Below, one piece after another: positions 1 through 30,197 of a DNA stretch of 64,000 bases. A program made the position numbers and the translations under genes. Source of the stretch: Gracilinanus agilis (taxonomy: Eukaryota); the NCBI RefSeq assembly GCF_016433145.1, contig NC_058131.1, forward strand, positions 42,434,291-42,498,290, given 5' to 3'. Under the pieces are notes generated by a model. The model was not told the DNA's origin, made no database searches, and saw only the letters and a program-made list of their open reading frames with translations. The number at the start of each line of letters is the position of its first letter. The stretch's first letter is position 1.

Positions 1-1130
1 GGCCGCGAGCGTGGCCGTGGCCCGGGGCGGCGGGAGTGCGGCTCTCGGTTCGCTGCTGCGCCCGCGGTCTCGGCTCTCCGGCCCCGCGTCAGCTGCCGCC
101 GCCGCCGCCGCTGCCTCCTCCCCGCAGCCAAAGCCCCCCCGGCGGGGCTGAGCGCGGGGCCACTGGAACGTACCATGTCCCCGACGGGCGCGGGGGAGCG
201 CGGCGGCACGGGGCAGGGACACTAGGCGCCCCACCTCGGCCGCGCGCGGGAGCGGTCGTCCGCCGCGGGACTTTGGGCCGGGGGCCATGAGGCCGCGGCC
301 GAGAAGCGCGCAGGGAGCGCGGGGGCGGCCTCCCTCCTCCCCCTCAGGTTTCCCTCCCCCGCAGTGGCGGCGGCCGAAGCTCGGCCCGAGGGGCGGGGCT
401 GCGGGGGGAGGGGGCGGGGCCAGGCGCAGCCCGGGGGAAGCGGGCTGCAGGAGGGGGCCACCCTAGTGCTGACACCTGCGAACACTCACCTGCGTGTGCG
501 GGCGAGCACTTCTGAGCTCCGCGACACCCGCACCCTGAGCACAAGCGCGCCTATTCATAGGCTGCAGGCGTGAGCTCGGCTTTGGGGCCACGCGTGCATT
601 CACACGCGTGCACGTCCTCCATCGACACAACGCCCCCAGGAGCAGATTTGCAAACCCAGAAGTACACAGACATGGCCCCGGGAGGAATCCCCATGCATTT
701 CTCTGGGCTTGTGGCGAATCTAATTAAAAACAACCCGGATGGCTGACGTAGAGACAGCCCGGAGGTTGGCCGAGCTCCTTAGAAACCTTATCTCAAACCT
801 CACAGCCCACCTGCGCAGGGTTTCTACTGGAACGACGAGGATCGGAAGGCCTCGGCCGTTAGCCGCTCTCGGGCCTGCTTCCCTAGCAGAGATGGGGATG
901 AGTCAGAGTAGACGGAGCGACAAGGGCTCCTCCCCCTTTGGCTGGCTGGACCGGAGGGAGCCGAGCTCCGTCTGTCTCTCTGGGCACACTTCGCCCCTGG
1001 AAAAGACCGAGGCTCTTGTGTGACCCTGGGCAAGTCACCGGGCCCGCCGCCCAGCGCTGCCCGCTCTTCTGCCTGGGACCCGAAATCCTGCACGGATCCT
1101 AAGGCGGAGGGTGAGAGTTTAAAAAAATAA
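1..1130. promoter_or_regulatory. CpG island, probably the promoter/5' end of an unidentified minus-strand gene continuing left of the window
   Basis: Very high GC and CpG density; (GCC)n run at ~95-112; perfect minus-strand donor CAG|GTGAGT with the exon ending at 490. Confidence 0.75.
1016..1130 (+). mobile_element. SINE1_Mdo-like SINE 3' half, strongly GC-shifted
   Basis: tgtgtgaccctgggcaagtcac ... ctcttctgcct ... ggtgagagtttaaaaaa aligns to other copies in the window. Confidence 0.8.
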
Positions 1131-1280
1131 GGCTCCAATGAAGATAATTCTGCTGAATTGCAAAACAGGGGGCGCCAGAAGTGGCCCTAAAAGGCGGACA
1201 GACGTTCTTCGGAAATAAATTTCATTCCTTTCCATTATCTCTGTCTGTCCTCTGAAAGAGGGAGATTTTAGGTATTTTAT

Positions 1281-1894
1281 TGATATATATTTAAAGTGTG
1301 GCCGCCAGGAATCAACAATTCAGATTGATTCCATAATTAAATAGACCCAAGTCAGGATCGGGTTTTAGGTAGTTTATTTACAATTAGGAAGGTAAAAGGT
1401 AGGGAAATAGAGAGAGGGAGAGGCCAGTTCAGGCCTGCAGAGGCCTGGACGGAGAGAGAAGGTTAAAAGGCTAATTAAACTAGGCTACAAGCCTCAAGAG
1501 CTTAGAAATCAGAGAGGCTATAAGCCTACTTAAGGCAGAGTCTGGAAACGCCCAGGTAGGCCAGGACCATTCAGAGTGGAAGCATTCTGAGGTCTCAGCA
1601 GAGCACCTCCAGCACCAGGTCCAAAGCGGGAACTGCCTCCCCCTGAAGTAACCACATGCTTGAAGAGATAGTGTCCCTCCCCGTGGGTCCACCTCTAATT
1701 CAAGTGGACAAATGGCAGCCTCAACACTGTTTTGGACTGCCCAAAGGGCCGTCCCTTGTTCTTGATTTGTTACTTATTGTCTGGTGTGGGTCACTCATCT
1801 CCCCTCCCCACTGAGGGAGGTGGGATGATACAATCTAGATGCCCAGGGTAAGTAGACTTTTACTATGAATGGGCTAGAGCTAATTCCATTTACA
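1281..1894 (-). mobile_element. Probable solo ERV LTR
   Basis: TG...CA termini, minus-strand AATAAA at 1373-1378, minus-strand end ...tttaaatatatatca; no clear target-site duplication. Confidence 0.5.
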
Positions 1895-3154
1895 CACCTC
1901 CCTCCCGTGGTCTTCCCGTGGGTAGGGGGAGATTGTGGAAAGAATAAGGGACCAGGCAGGAGAGTCGTCCAGGGTCTGCCACGCATCCTGCATGACTTCA
2001 GACCAGAGGTCTCAGTTTCTCCATCTGAGCAACAGTCTCTAAGCTCTGGCCCACGGAGCATCCTCTATCTCTCTGGATGGTTTTCCTATTTTTCAATCTG
2101 TTCCTAAGGGATCAATTCGTCCACAACCATTTATTAAGCACCTACTGTGTGCTGGGAATCAGCCGCCTCTGAGTATCAAATGGCCCTACACGTATTTCTG
2201 TGGCAATTAAATGGAGCTCTTGGCAGGCAGCTTTTCCCACGTCTAAAAAAAACCATGTAAACCCGTGGAAGCACCTATATATACTCAGGTACGGGCTCCG
2301 GGAGGAAAAGCATCACAGCTTATGGGGCCGGAGACAGAAGATCGAAAGCAAGGGGTGAGACTTAGTTGGACTCCAGGAGAGATCTGATGGAGTTCTATTA
2401 GGATGAGCAGGAAAGAAGGGTAAGAATTTTAGGGTCCTCCCTCCCTTCTTATCTCTACAGCTGCTAGTATCGGAGCAGTCAGAAATGAATAACATTTGGA
2501 AGAAAGAACCAATAAACTAATTTTGAAAGAAGCGTGTAGAATTTAAATACTTAAAAAGGTTTTTTTTTTTGCTTTTTTCCTCCATTTTTTAAATCTTAAA
2601 AAATATTTTTCCATAGTCACATGATTCATGTGGTCTCCCTCCCCTCTTCCCTCCCCACTCCTGAAGCTGACAAGCAATTCCACTGAGTTATACAAAAGGT
2701 ATCACTTAATACCTATTAAATACTTTAAAAAATCAAGCCATATGAAATGGAAATTCACAATTTCCTATAGAATCGTCTTTTGTGTTCTACTATGTCAATG
2801 GAAATACTGTTTTGGGTATTAAGTTCAGAATAAATTTTGTTAACAAGGGATGAGTGGTCAAACATGTTGAGCAGCAAGGATAGACCCGGGTAGGACTGTG
2901 ATTGGGTGAATAGATTAGGAAGCTAATTTGGGAGTGAGGTTCCCCCCAAAATATGCTTAGAGCTATATCTCTTATCATGGAAAGATCCTTGGACTTGGAG
3001 GCAGAAACTCTGAAATAGAGTCCAAATTTCAACACTGGGAAGTGTGTGACTGGAGAAATGATTTAATCTAATGGAGTCTGTTTTCATGTCTGTAAAGTGG
3101 AGTCAGTGACACCATTCCTAATCTCCTTCACAAAATGTGTGTGCAAATGAGAGA

Positions 3155-3335
3155 ATACAGTGGATTGAGAGCCAGGCCGTCCTGGGTTCGAATCTGGTTT
3201 GAGATACTTCTTAGCTGTGTGACCCTGGGCAAGTCATTTGACCCCCCTTGCCTAGCTTTTAGTGCTCTTCTGCCTTGGAACCAATACACAATATTGATTC
3301 TGAGATGGAAGGTGAGGGTTTTAAAAATAAATCAA
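3155..3335 (+). mobile_element. SINE1_Mdo-like SINE
   Basis: tRNA-like head (agtggattgagagccagg, ggttcgaatc), CORE gctgtgtgaccctgggcaag, family tail and A-run. Confidence 0.8.
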
Positions 3336-5095
3336 TGAGAAAGTGCTTTGAAGCATTTGGAATGAGGGAAAGTGGAAGTTGGAAGATACAGACTTCTGAT
3401 GACTGCCATTAACCCATTTCTCTGCTCTCAGCCTTAGTCAGCTTCCCATCAGAAAAAACAGGGCTGGGGAAGAGACTGAGGGGAAGAGCTAGAGGAAGTA
3501 GACCTCTAAGGTTCCTCTCAGCTTTGTGATTTATCATAAGGATCACAAATTTTACAGGGGGAAAGGACCTGAGGGGTCACCTCTTCATTTTACAAATCAG
3601 GAGACCAAGACCCAAGAGATATGGAGACTTGTCCAAGGACACATAGGTAGCTTTTCTTATTCTCCTGTTCCCATAATCTGCCCAGCACCTGGCACTATAC
3701 CAGGCACTCAGGGGCTCAACTGATATTTGTAAACAGCCGGGTGTGTGGTGATGGGGAGGGCAATTCCCAGAGCCTAGGGTGCCCTCTAGTGTCTTTTCCA
3801 TAATCCTTGGGTCTACAGAATCCACCCTGGTACCCTGAGGTGGCTCAGAGAACCACAGAATCAGCCCTCCCCTCCCCATCCCTCCAGCCAGCTGCAGACT
3901 GCCCTAAAGGGACACACTCCCCCTGCCCTTCTTCAAAGACACCCCATTGGTCACACAACCTCAGCTCCATCCTTTGCCAGGCAGCCTCCTTTGCTATACT
4001 TTGAGAGGCAGAGCTGGCTGAAGAGTGGGAAGATCATATGGAATGACAGCTAGGAATGACATATGTGGATCATTCAGTCCACATACTAGGTGTCTGAGTG
4101 GGTAAAAGAGCTAGACTTGGGATCGGGAAGACCCGAGTTCAGAGCCTACTTAGGAACCAATACATAGTATTGATTCCAAGACAGAAGGTAAAGGATTAAA
4201 AAAAAAAAAAAAAAAAAAGCTAGATCTTCTTGTTAGTGCAGATTGTGGATTCTACCTCCATAACATCTCCCAAATTCACTTCTTTTCTACCTGCCTATGG
4301 CAGTGGTGTCCTAACTGGCTTCCCCGTCTCGAGTATCTCCCCTTTTCCATCTATCCTCCCCAAAGTCGCCAAAGTGATTTTACTAAAGTACAGGGTTGGC
4401 TGTGTTACTGCTCTTTTCAACAAACCTCAGTGGCTCCCCATTACTTCTACTTAAAGGACTCATCTAGGAAAACACTCAGAAACCAGGTCCTTTTCTACCA
4501 AAATCTTGGTCCTTTTCTACCAAAGTCTTGGGTTCAAATTCTCACTCTATGTGACCTTGGATAAGTCACCAAATGAATAAGCATTGTTTATGTATAGATA
4601 GTTTATTATATTACATTATCATATTATTTGTTGTAAATAGTCATTTAAAATAAATAATGACTGTCCTTTAACTGTTCTGCATTGAGTTGAAGAATTGAAC
4701 CGTATGTTCTTTAAAGTCTCTCCTTGGGGGGGGGGAGGGAAGAGGGGAGGGAGACGACATGAATCCTATAACTTTGGGAAACTTATGTGGAAGTCTGTTA
4801 CTGGAATAAGTAAGGAAAAAATTTTAAAAGATAAAAATAAAAATGACAAAACAAAGTCCCTCCTGGTTCAAGAGTCAAGGTTCTTAGCCTGGGTCCACAG
4901 GGTCTTTTAATAGACTTCAGGGTGTCTATGAAACTGGCTGGGAAAAATACATCTCAATATAACCGGTTTCCTTTAGTCTCCCATGCATTTTATTTTATAG
5001 ATTTAAAAGAATGATTGAGAAGGGCAGCTGGGTGGCTCAGTGGGTAGAGAGCCTCGACAGCAAAGAAAACACCCCCAAGTTTAGGCATAAATTAG

Positions 5096-5101
5096 TTTAT
5101 T
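5096..5101 (-). terminator. CLEC18A: Candidate polyadenylation signal (AATAAA) for CLEC18A
   Basis: TTTATT on + strand ~820 nt past the stop, followed on the minus strand by a GU/U-rich element (ttgggggtgttttctttg). Confidence 0.55.
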
Positions 5102-5918
5102 CCTTCACAAGGTACATTCTGAATGCCCAGAGATGCTCATTTGCTATGTTATTTGCTCAATACTGTCCCTAGCCAGGTCCTAAGACCCAGATTCACTATC
5201 GCACACACTGAGAGGGGCGGGGAGAGAGCTGGCAGTAGTCCGGCTGCCCATGCTTCCTGCCAGGGGCATTGAACACTATAATGAACAAGAGCTCACAGTG
5301 TGAGGCAGAGGCCCTTCAGGATGGCCAGGGACACTTGGCCCTCCCTATGTATCAGCAGAAGCAAAAGGAAAGATGCCCCAGCAGAAAGCATTAAGAGAAA
5401 GACCTGGCCCAGAAACCCCTCTGCCGCAGTGCCACGAGAGCACAGGGGCGGCAGGGTGGTCAGTGACTAGGAGTCTCTCGTGGATACTTCCCTGTGCCCT
5501 CAGGTGCCCTCACAGACACCCCTTCCCTAGTGGTCAGTGAGCCTTGTGCCCCACTCCCTGGGCCCCTTCACTCTTCCTTGGGGATACAGAGATGCCAGAT
5601 TAACAGCAGCACATGTTAGGGGGAGGTATCCTCCATGATCCAGAACCACCTTCTGAGCCGCCCAAATCTTTTTCTTCCAGATGGGTGTCAAGGGCTTAGG
5701 GCAGGGGAAAGAGCGGTGGCCTGGAGGCTGGCAGAAACAACAGGAGGGGCCACCTCAGGGCTCCAAGTTCCACTGAGAAATGTGCTTCTGGGCTGTGAAA
5801 GAGCCCAGAGCCAAGGGTCAGAGACCTCCTCGGGGCAGCCCGTTCCAAAAGGGCCAGGTTGAAAGGTAGGGCGCATTCAGTGAGGTGCCCTCTGGGAAAG
5901 ATATGTCCATCGGAAGAC

Positions 5919-25974
<20,056 letters not shown>

Positions 25975-26949
25975 CGTACGTGTGGTAGGCTGGCTGGCAC
26001 CCGGCTGGGCAGAGCAGGGCAGAGAGACTGACTGGGACGCTGAGCTCCCTCCGTCTCTGCTCTCCCAGGGCACGTTCCCAAGCACTGATGTCTATTCAAA
26101 ACTTTAGACTGTCTGGGCTGGGCAGGGAGAGACAAAGGGGAGAGAGACTGTTGAGTAATGGCTCTGTCCAAACAGTGGTTGGCTTCCTGAAAGGAGAGAA
26201 AGGCGAAATGGAGAGCCTGCAGAATCCCCTCTGTCCTCCCTGCTTGTCCCCGAAGCCCAGTGTGCACTGACCCGGCCCCTGCTAATCATTGGAGCGTTAT
26301 TAGAATGCTGGGGAGCCCCAGAGGCCCCTGCTGATTGGCTAGAAGACATTCCAAGACGGTGGATTAATGAATTGATGGTGGGCCCAGGGGGTGCTCGCTA
26401 TGGCATCTGAGCCTATTCTCCACCCCCTGAACTCTCCCCCCTCGCACTCCAAGAGAAGAATATTGGGCATGGGGGAGAGGGCAGTTATGGTGGGAGATGG
26501 AAGGGTCACACAGGACCCCAGGGGAGTTCTTCTCTTTCCCAGGAAGCTCGCCTCCACCTTGCCATGAATTAAACATGGGCAGAAGGTAACAGCACACCGT
26601 GTGCCACCTGAGAGGGGCGGGCAGCTCCCCTGCCAAGGCTGGAAGGCCCCAGGTCCTGGGAGGGCTGGGAAGGGAACGTCGGGGCCGGGAGGTAACAACA
26701 AGGGGAGAAGGAGGCAGAGGGGAGCCGGGTCAGGATTGCACCGCTGCCAAAGGGCATCGGAGGCGGGAGCAGAGAATCTAGTTTGAATCTAGGCTGTCTA
26801 GAAAGGAAGGGAGCTGGATCCCAGGCAAGTCTCTGGTGCCCTGAGAGGGAGCAAGAGAGACGACTTAGTTAAGGGGAACAGGAGGCAGAGACCCAGCTGG
26901 CCGAGGCAGACAGAGCCCCGCTGGGTGGCTTCTAGGGTCTGGGGACAGA

Positions 26950-27850
26950 GGACTGGAGGACGTTGGGAGGCTGTAGGGCTAAGGGCAGGAGAGGGGTGGA
27001 AGGGACCCTTGGGCTCTACGGGCCGGCCGAGGGCCACGAATCTCCTCTGGGCGGGTCCAACCCCTGGGAATTGCTCTCCAATGAGATAATTGTTTAAAGG
27101 GCTCAACGCCATCCCCGGCCCATGGAAGGGGCTTACTAAATGCTCGTTCCCTTCACTCCTTCCCCTTCCTGGGACCCCAAATGTCCGTGTGGGACCGCTC
27201 CGAGCCGCGGGAGACGAGCTCTCCTCTGCAGTCATTTTCCTTATGGGACCGCAGGCGCGGCGCTCGGTGCTCTGCCGCGGGGTGAGGAGGGGAGAGCGAG
27301 AAGACGGAGACGAGGGTCTGTGGGTCTGTCTGCGCGTGTCCAAGAACAGACAAGCGTCGTGACGCACCGGGCGGGCCCTGGACACTCAGCAAGAGCCAAG
27401 GCCCTTCCTTCGCGCTAGCTTTAGCTCTCCGTCTTCAGATTTCACCCCTCTTTGCCCCCCGCCAAGAATTCTTTTCTATTATTCCCCCAAACTACTTGGA
27501 AAAGGTCTTTGGAGATCTCGCGGCTGCTCTGACGTTTTCTGAGCGAAATCTACAGTCACGGCGTCATTTCTAAAAGGACATTTTATTGGCGTTTCCGCAT
27601 CCCCGGCTTCCGCTCCCCGGAGCCGAGGAGGGGCCGTCCAGCTCTCAGTCGCCGCGGGCGAATCGCCCGCCTCCCCGGGCTTCCGTGTGTTTGTCAGGAA
27701 GGATGGCGCTGGGCCACCTGCCCGCCAGGGTCCCTTCTGACCCCGTGGCCCAGAGCTGGGGAGGACGCGGGCCCGGGGGATGCCGCCCACTCCTGGCTCT
27801 CACCAGCAGAGAGCACCGTTCCCTGTGGGATCCAGGAGCGGGCACTGCCA
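26950..27850. promoter_or_regulatory. CpG island between the divergent CLEC18A and fibulin-7-like start codons; candidate bidirectional promoter
   Basis: Local CpG enrichment, GC box (gggcggg ~27370), CRE/ATF-like half sites and a reverse CCAAT (attgg ~27585). Both ATG-bearing exons are preceded by splice acceptors, implying upstream non-coding exons. Confidence 0.65.
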
Positions 27851-28246
27851 GCCATTCCCCACTGGGTGTGAATGAGGGATTCTTTCCCTTTGAATGGACA
27901 CAGTGTGTGGGGCTGGGCCGACTTGGCAGAGGCTCCAGCCTCCAGCCTCTCGCTCGTTCCCTTGCCAACTCCTCTCCCTCCCAGGCTGAAGGTCTGAGTG
28001 TTGTTTCCACCAGGGGCCCCAGATGCTAAGGACTCTTCCTGGGGCAACTTTCCTCCCCAGCAGGGCTCTTGGGAACAAGAGGAAGGTTCAAGGATCACTG
28101 AATCCTGAAGTCTCCAGTGAGAAGAGACCTCAACAGCCGGCTTGCTCCACCCCATTGCTCGAGCTAACTGCATGCCGGACACCGGGCTAAGCACTGAGAA
28201 TACCAAGAAAAAAATAGTCCCTGACCTCAAGGCGTTTACAGTCTAA

Positions 28247-28372
28247 GTCTAGCCTCAGACACTTCCTGGCTGTGTGACCCTGGGGGAGTCACTTAACCCT
28301 CATTGCCTAGCTCTTACTGCAATTCTGCCTTGGAACCCATATAGAGTACTGATTCTAAGGTGGTTTTTAAAA
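28247..28372 (+). mobile_element. SINE1_Mdo-like SINE 3' half, preceded by a short L2-like fragment
   Basis: ctagcctcagacacttcctggctgtgtgaccctggg...attctaagg. Confidence 0.75.
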
Positions 28373-30131
28373 AGCCTCTACAGCCAGTCTAGGGTGCTGC
28401 CTTGCTGCTGGGGGGGGGGGGGTAAGAGCAGTCCCTTGTTCTGGGGTTCCACCTTTTTGGGGGTACTCGGGGACCTTTCTCATGCATCCCATGGCCTCTG
28501 ACCTCACTCAGCACCCTCTGCCTTAGAGGGTTCTTTCTAAGGTTCCCCCAGAAACAGGACCCACATTCTCATTTTTCTCTGGTCCAAGGTGCTGCATGCA
28601 GTAGGACTCCACAAACGTAAGCCCAGGGAGGAGCGCAGGCTCTAGTATTCCTCCTGCCTTTCTCCATCCTCATAGCCCAAGGAGTAAGGGCCGGNNNNNN
28701 NNNNNNNNNNNNNNNNNNNNNNNNNNNNNNNNNNNNNNNNNNNNNNNNNNNNNNNNNNNNNNNNNNNNNNNNNNNNNNNNNNNNNNNNNNNNNNNNNNNN
28801 NNNNNNNNNNNNNNNNNNNNNNNNNNNNNNNNNNNNNNNNNNNNNNNNNNNNNNNNNNNNNNNNNNNNNNNNNNNNNNNNNNNNNNNNNNNNNNNNNNNN
28901 NNNNNNNNNNNNNNNNNNNNNNNNNNNNNNNNNNNNNNNNNNNNNNNNNNNNNNNNNNNNNNNNNNNNNNNNNNNNNNNNNNNNNNNNNNNNNNNNNNNN
29001 NNNNNNNNNNNNNNNNNNNNNNNNNNNNNNNAGAGATAGAAGGCAGAGAAAAAGAGAGAGAGACAGAGAGACAAGAGACAGAGAAACAGAGAGGTCTTTA
29101 AGAGGAGAGACAGAGAGACAGACAAGAGACAGAGAGAGAAACAGAGAGGTCTTTAATCTAAATCAGCCTGCCTTGCTCTCTGCTCTCTACCTCACCTTCT
29201 CCCTCAATGCAGGCAGGGAAGAAGGAGAGGACAAGTTTCTGAATGCTGGGGTAGAAAATTTGGGGTCCCTCCTCTCACTCAGGCATAGACACCCCCAAAC
29301 GAGTCTGGCTTGCCCATAAGCCCCTCCCCTTCAGGCAGATCTCCGGTGGTAAGTAGGGGGACCCTTGAGAGGGAAGGTGGCAGCCCCTCCCCGTCCCCGC
29401 CCCCTCAAGTTGGAAAGTCAAAGGGAGAAGGGTGGCAACATCTTTCAAAGCAGACCAAAGGACCAGCCAGCCCAGCACTCAGGGACCCCAGGTCATAGCT
29501 GTGCCTCCACGTAGGATCCAGCCTGCTCCCAACAGGTACGTTGGCTTTGGGGAGAAGGAGGCATCTTGGGGGAGGAGAAAGCCTGGGAATCTTGGAGCTC
29601 TTGTTCGGGAAATGAGTGTGCTCCAGGGCTCTGGTCCTGGGGAAGCCCAGCCTGAGGGAAACTCCTCACTAGACCCTCCAAGGCTGCAGCCAGGCAGGAT
29701 GGCTGAACAGAAAGGAAGGCTGAAAGATGCCCATTTTGGGGACTGGCCAAGGACACCCCAGAGGAGATGCCTCCAGGAAGCAGAAGGAAAGAGGTGCCAG
29801 AACTTGGGGGCAGGGAAGCTCTCAGAAGCCAGTGGCCATCTCCTCACCACAGATATTCTAAGGAGGCTGCTCTGAGCGGTCATGGGCAGAGGATTCCACC
29901 CCAAACTCCCTTCCTTCTCCCCATCCCCTGCCCCATCCCCTGCAGCCTTCAGTGCTCCTGAATGAAGGGAGAAAATCAGAGTTCTGGGAGAGGGCTGCGA
30001 CTTACCCTGCCCTCGTTTGCTACCCACTGTGATGCTCTGTGTGCCCTAGTGTTGTCTCTTCTTCTCTCCTCCAGGCTCCCTAGACCCCAGCTGCCACCCA
30101 CCCCAGGGATAGCCGACCTTCTCCGGGCACC

Positions 30132-30197
30132 ATGATTTTTGGGTTGCTGTTCCTCATGGCCCTGAGCCTTCTACAGGTCCCTCTCAGTGATGGACAG
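30132..30197 (+). CDS. Fibulin-7-like exon 1 (signal peptide [22 protein letters not shown])
   Basis: ATG in good context (gggcaccATG); hydrophobic stretch; donor CAG|GTAATT; 66 nt. Confidence 0.85.

Noticed and set aside
4487-4530. 22-bp tandem duplication (gtccttttctaccaaa.tcttg)
   Set aside because: Ordinary local slippage next to a MIR fragment; two units only, not a CRISPR or functional array.
26798-28230. ORFs of 120-195 aa across the central CpG island
   Set aside because: Expected stop-poor ORFs in GC-rich sequence, Pro/Arg/Gly-rich and without homology.
29032-29156. AG-rich repeat with a duplicated aacagagaggtctttaa unit
   Set aside because: Low-complexity sequence bordering an assembly gap.
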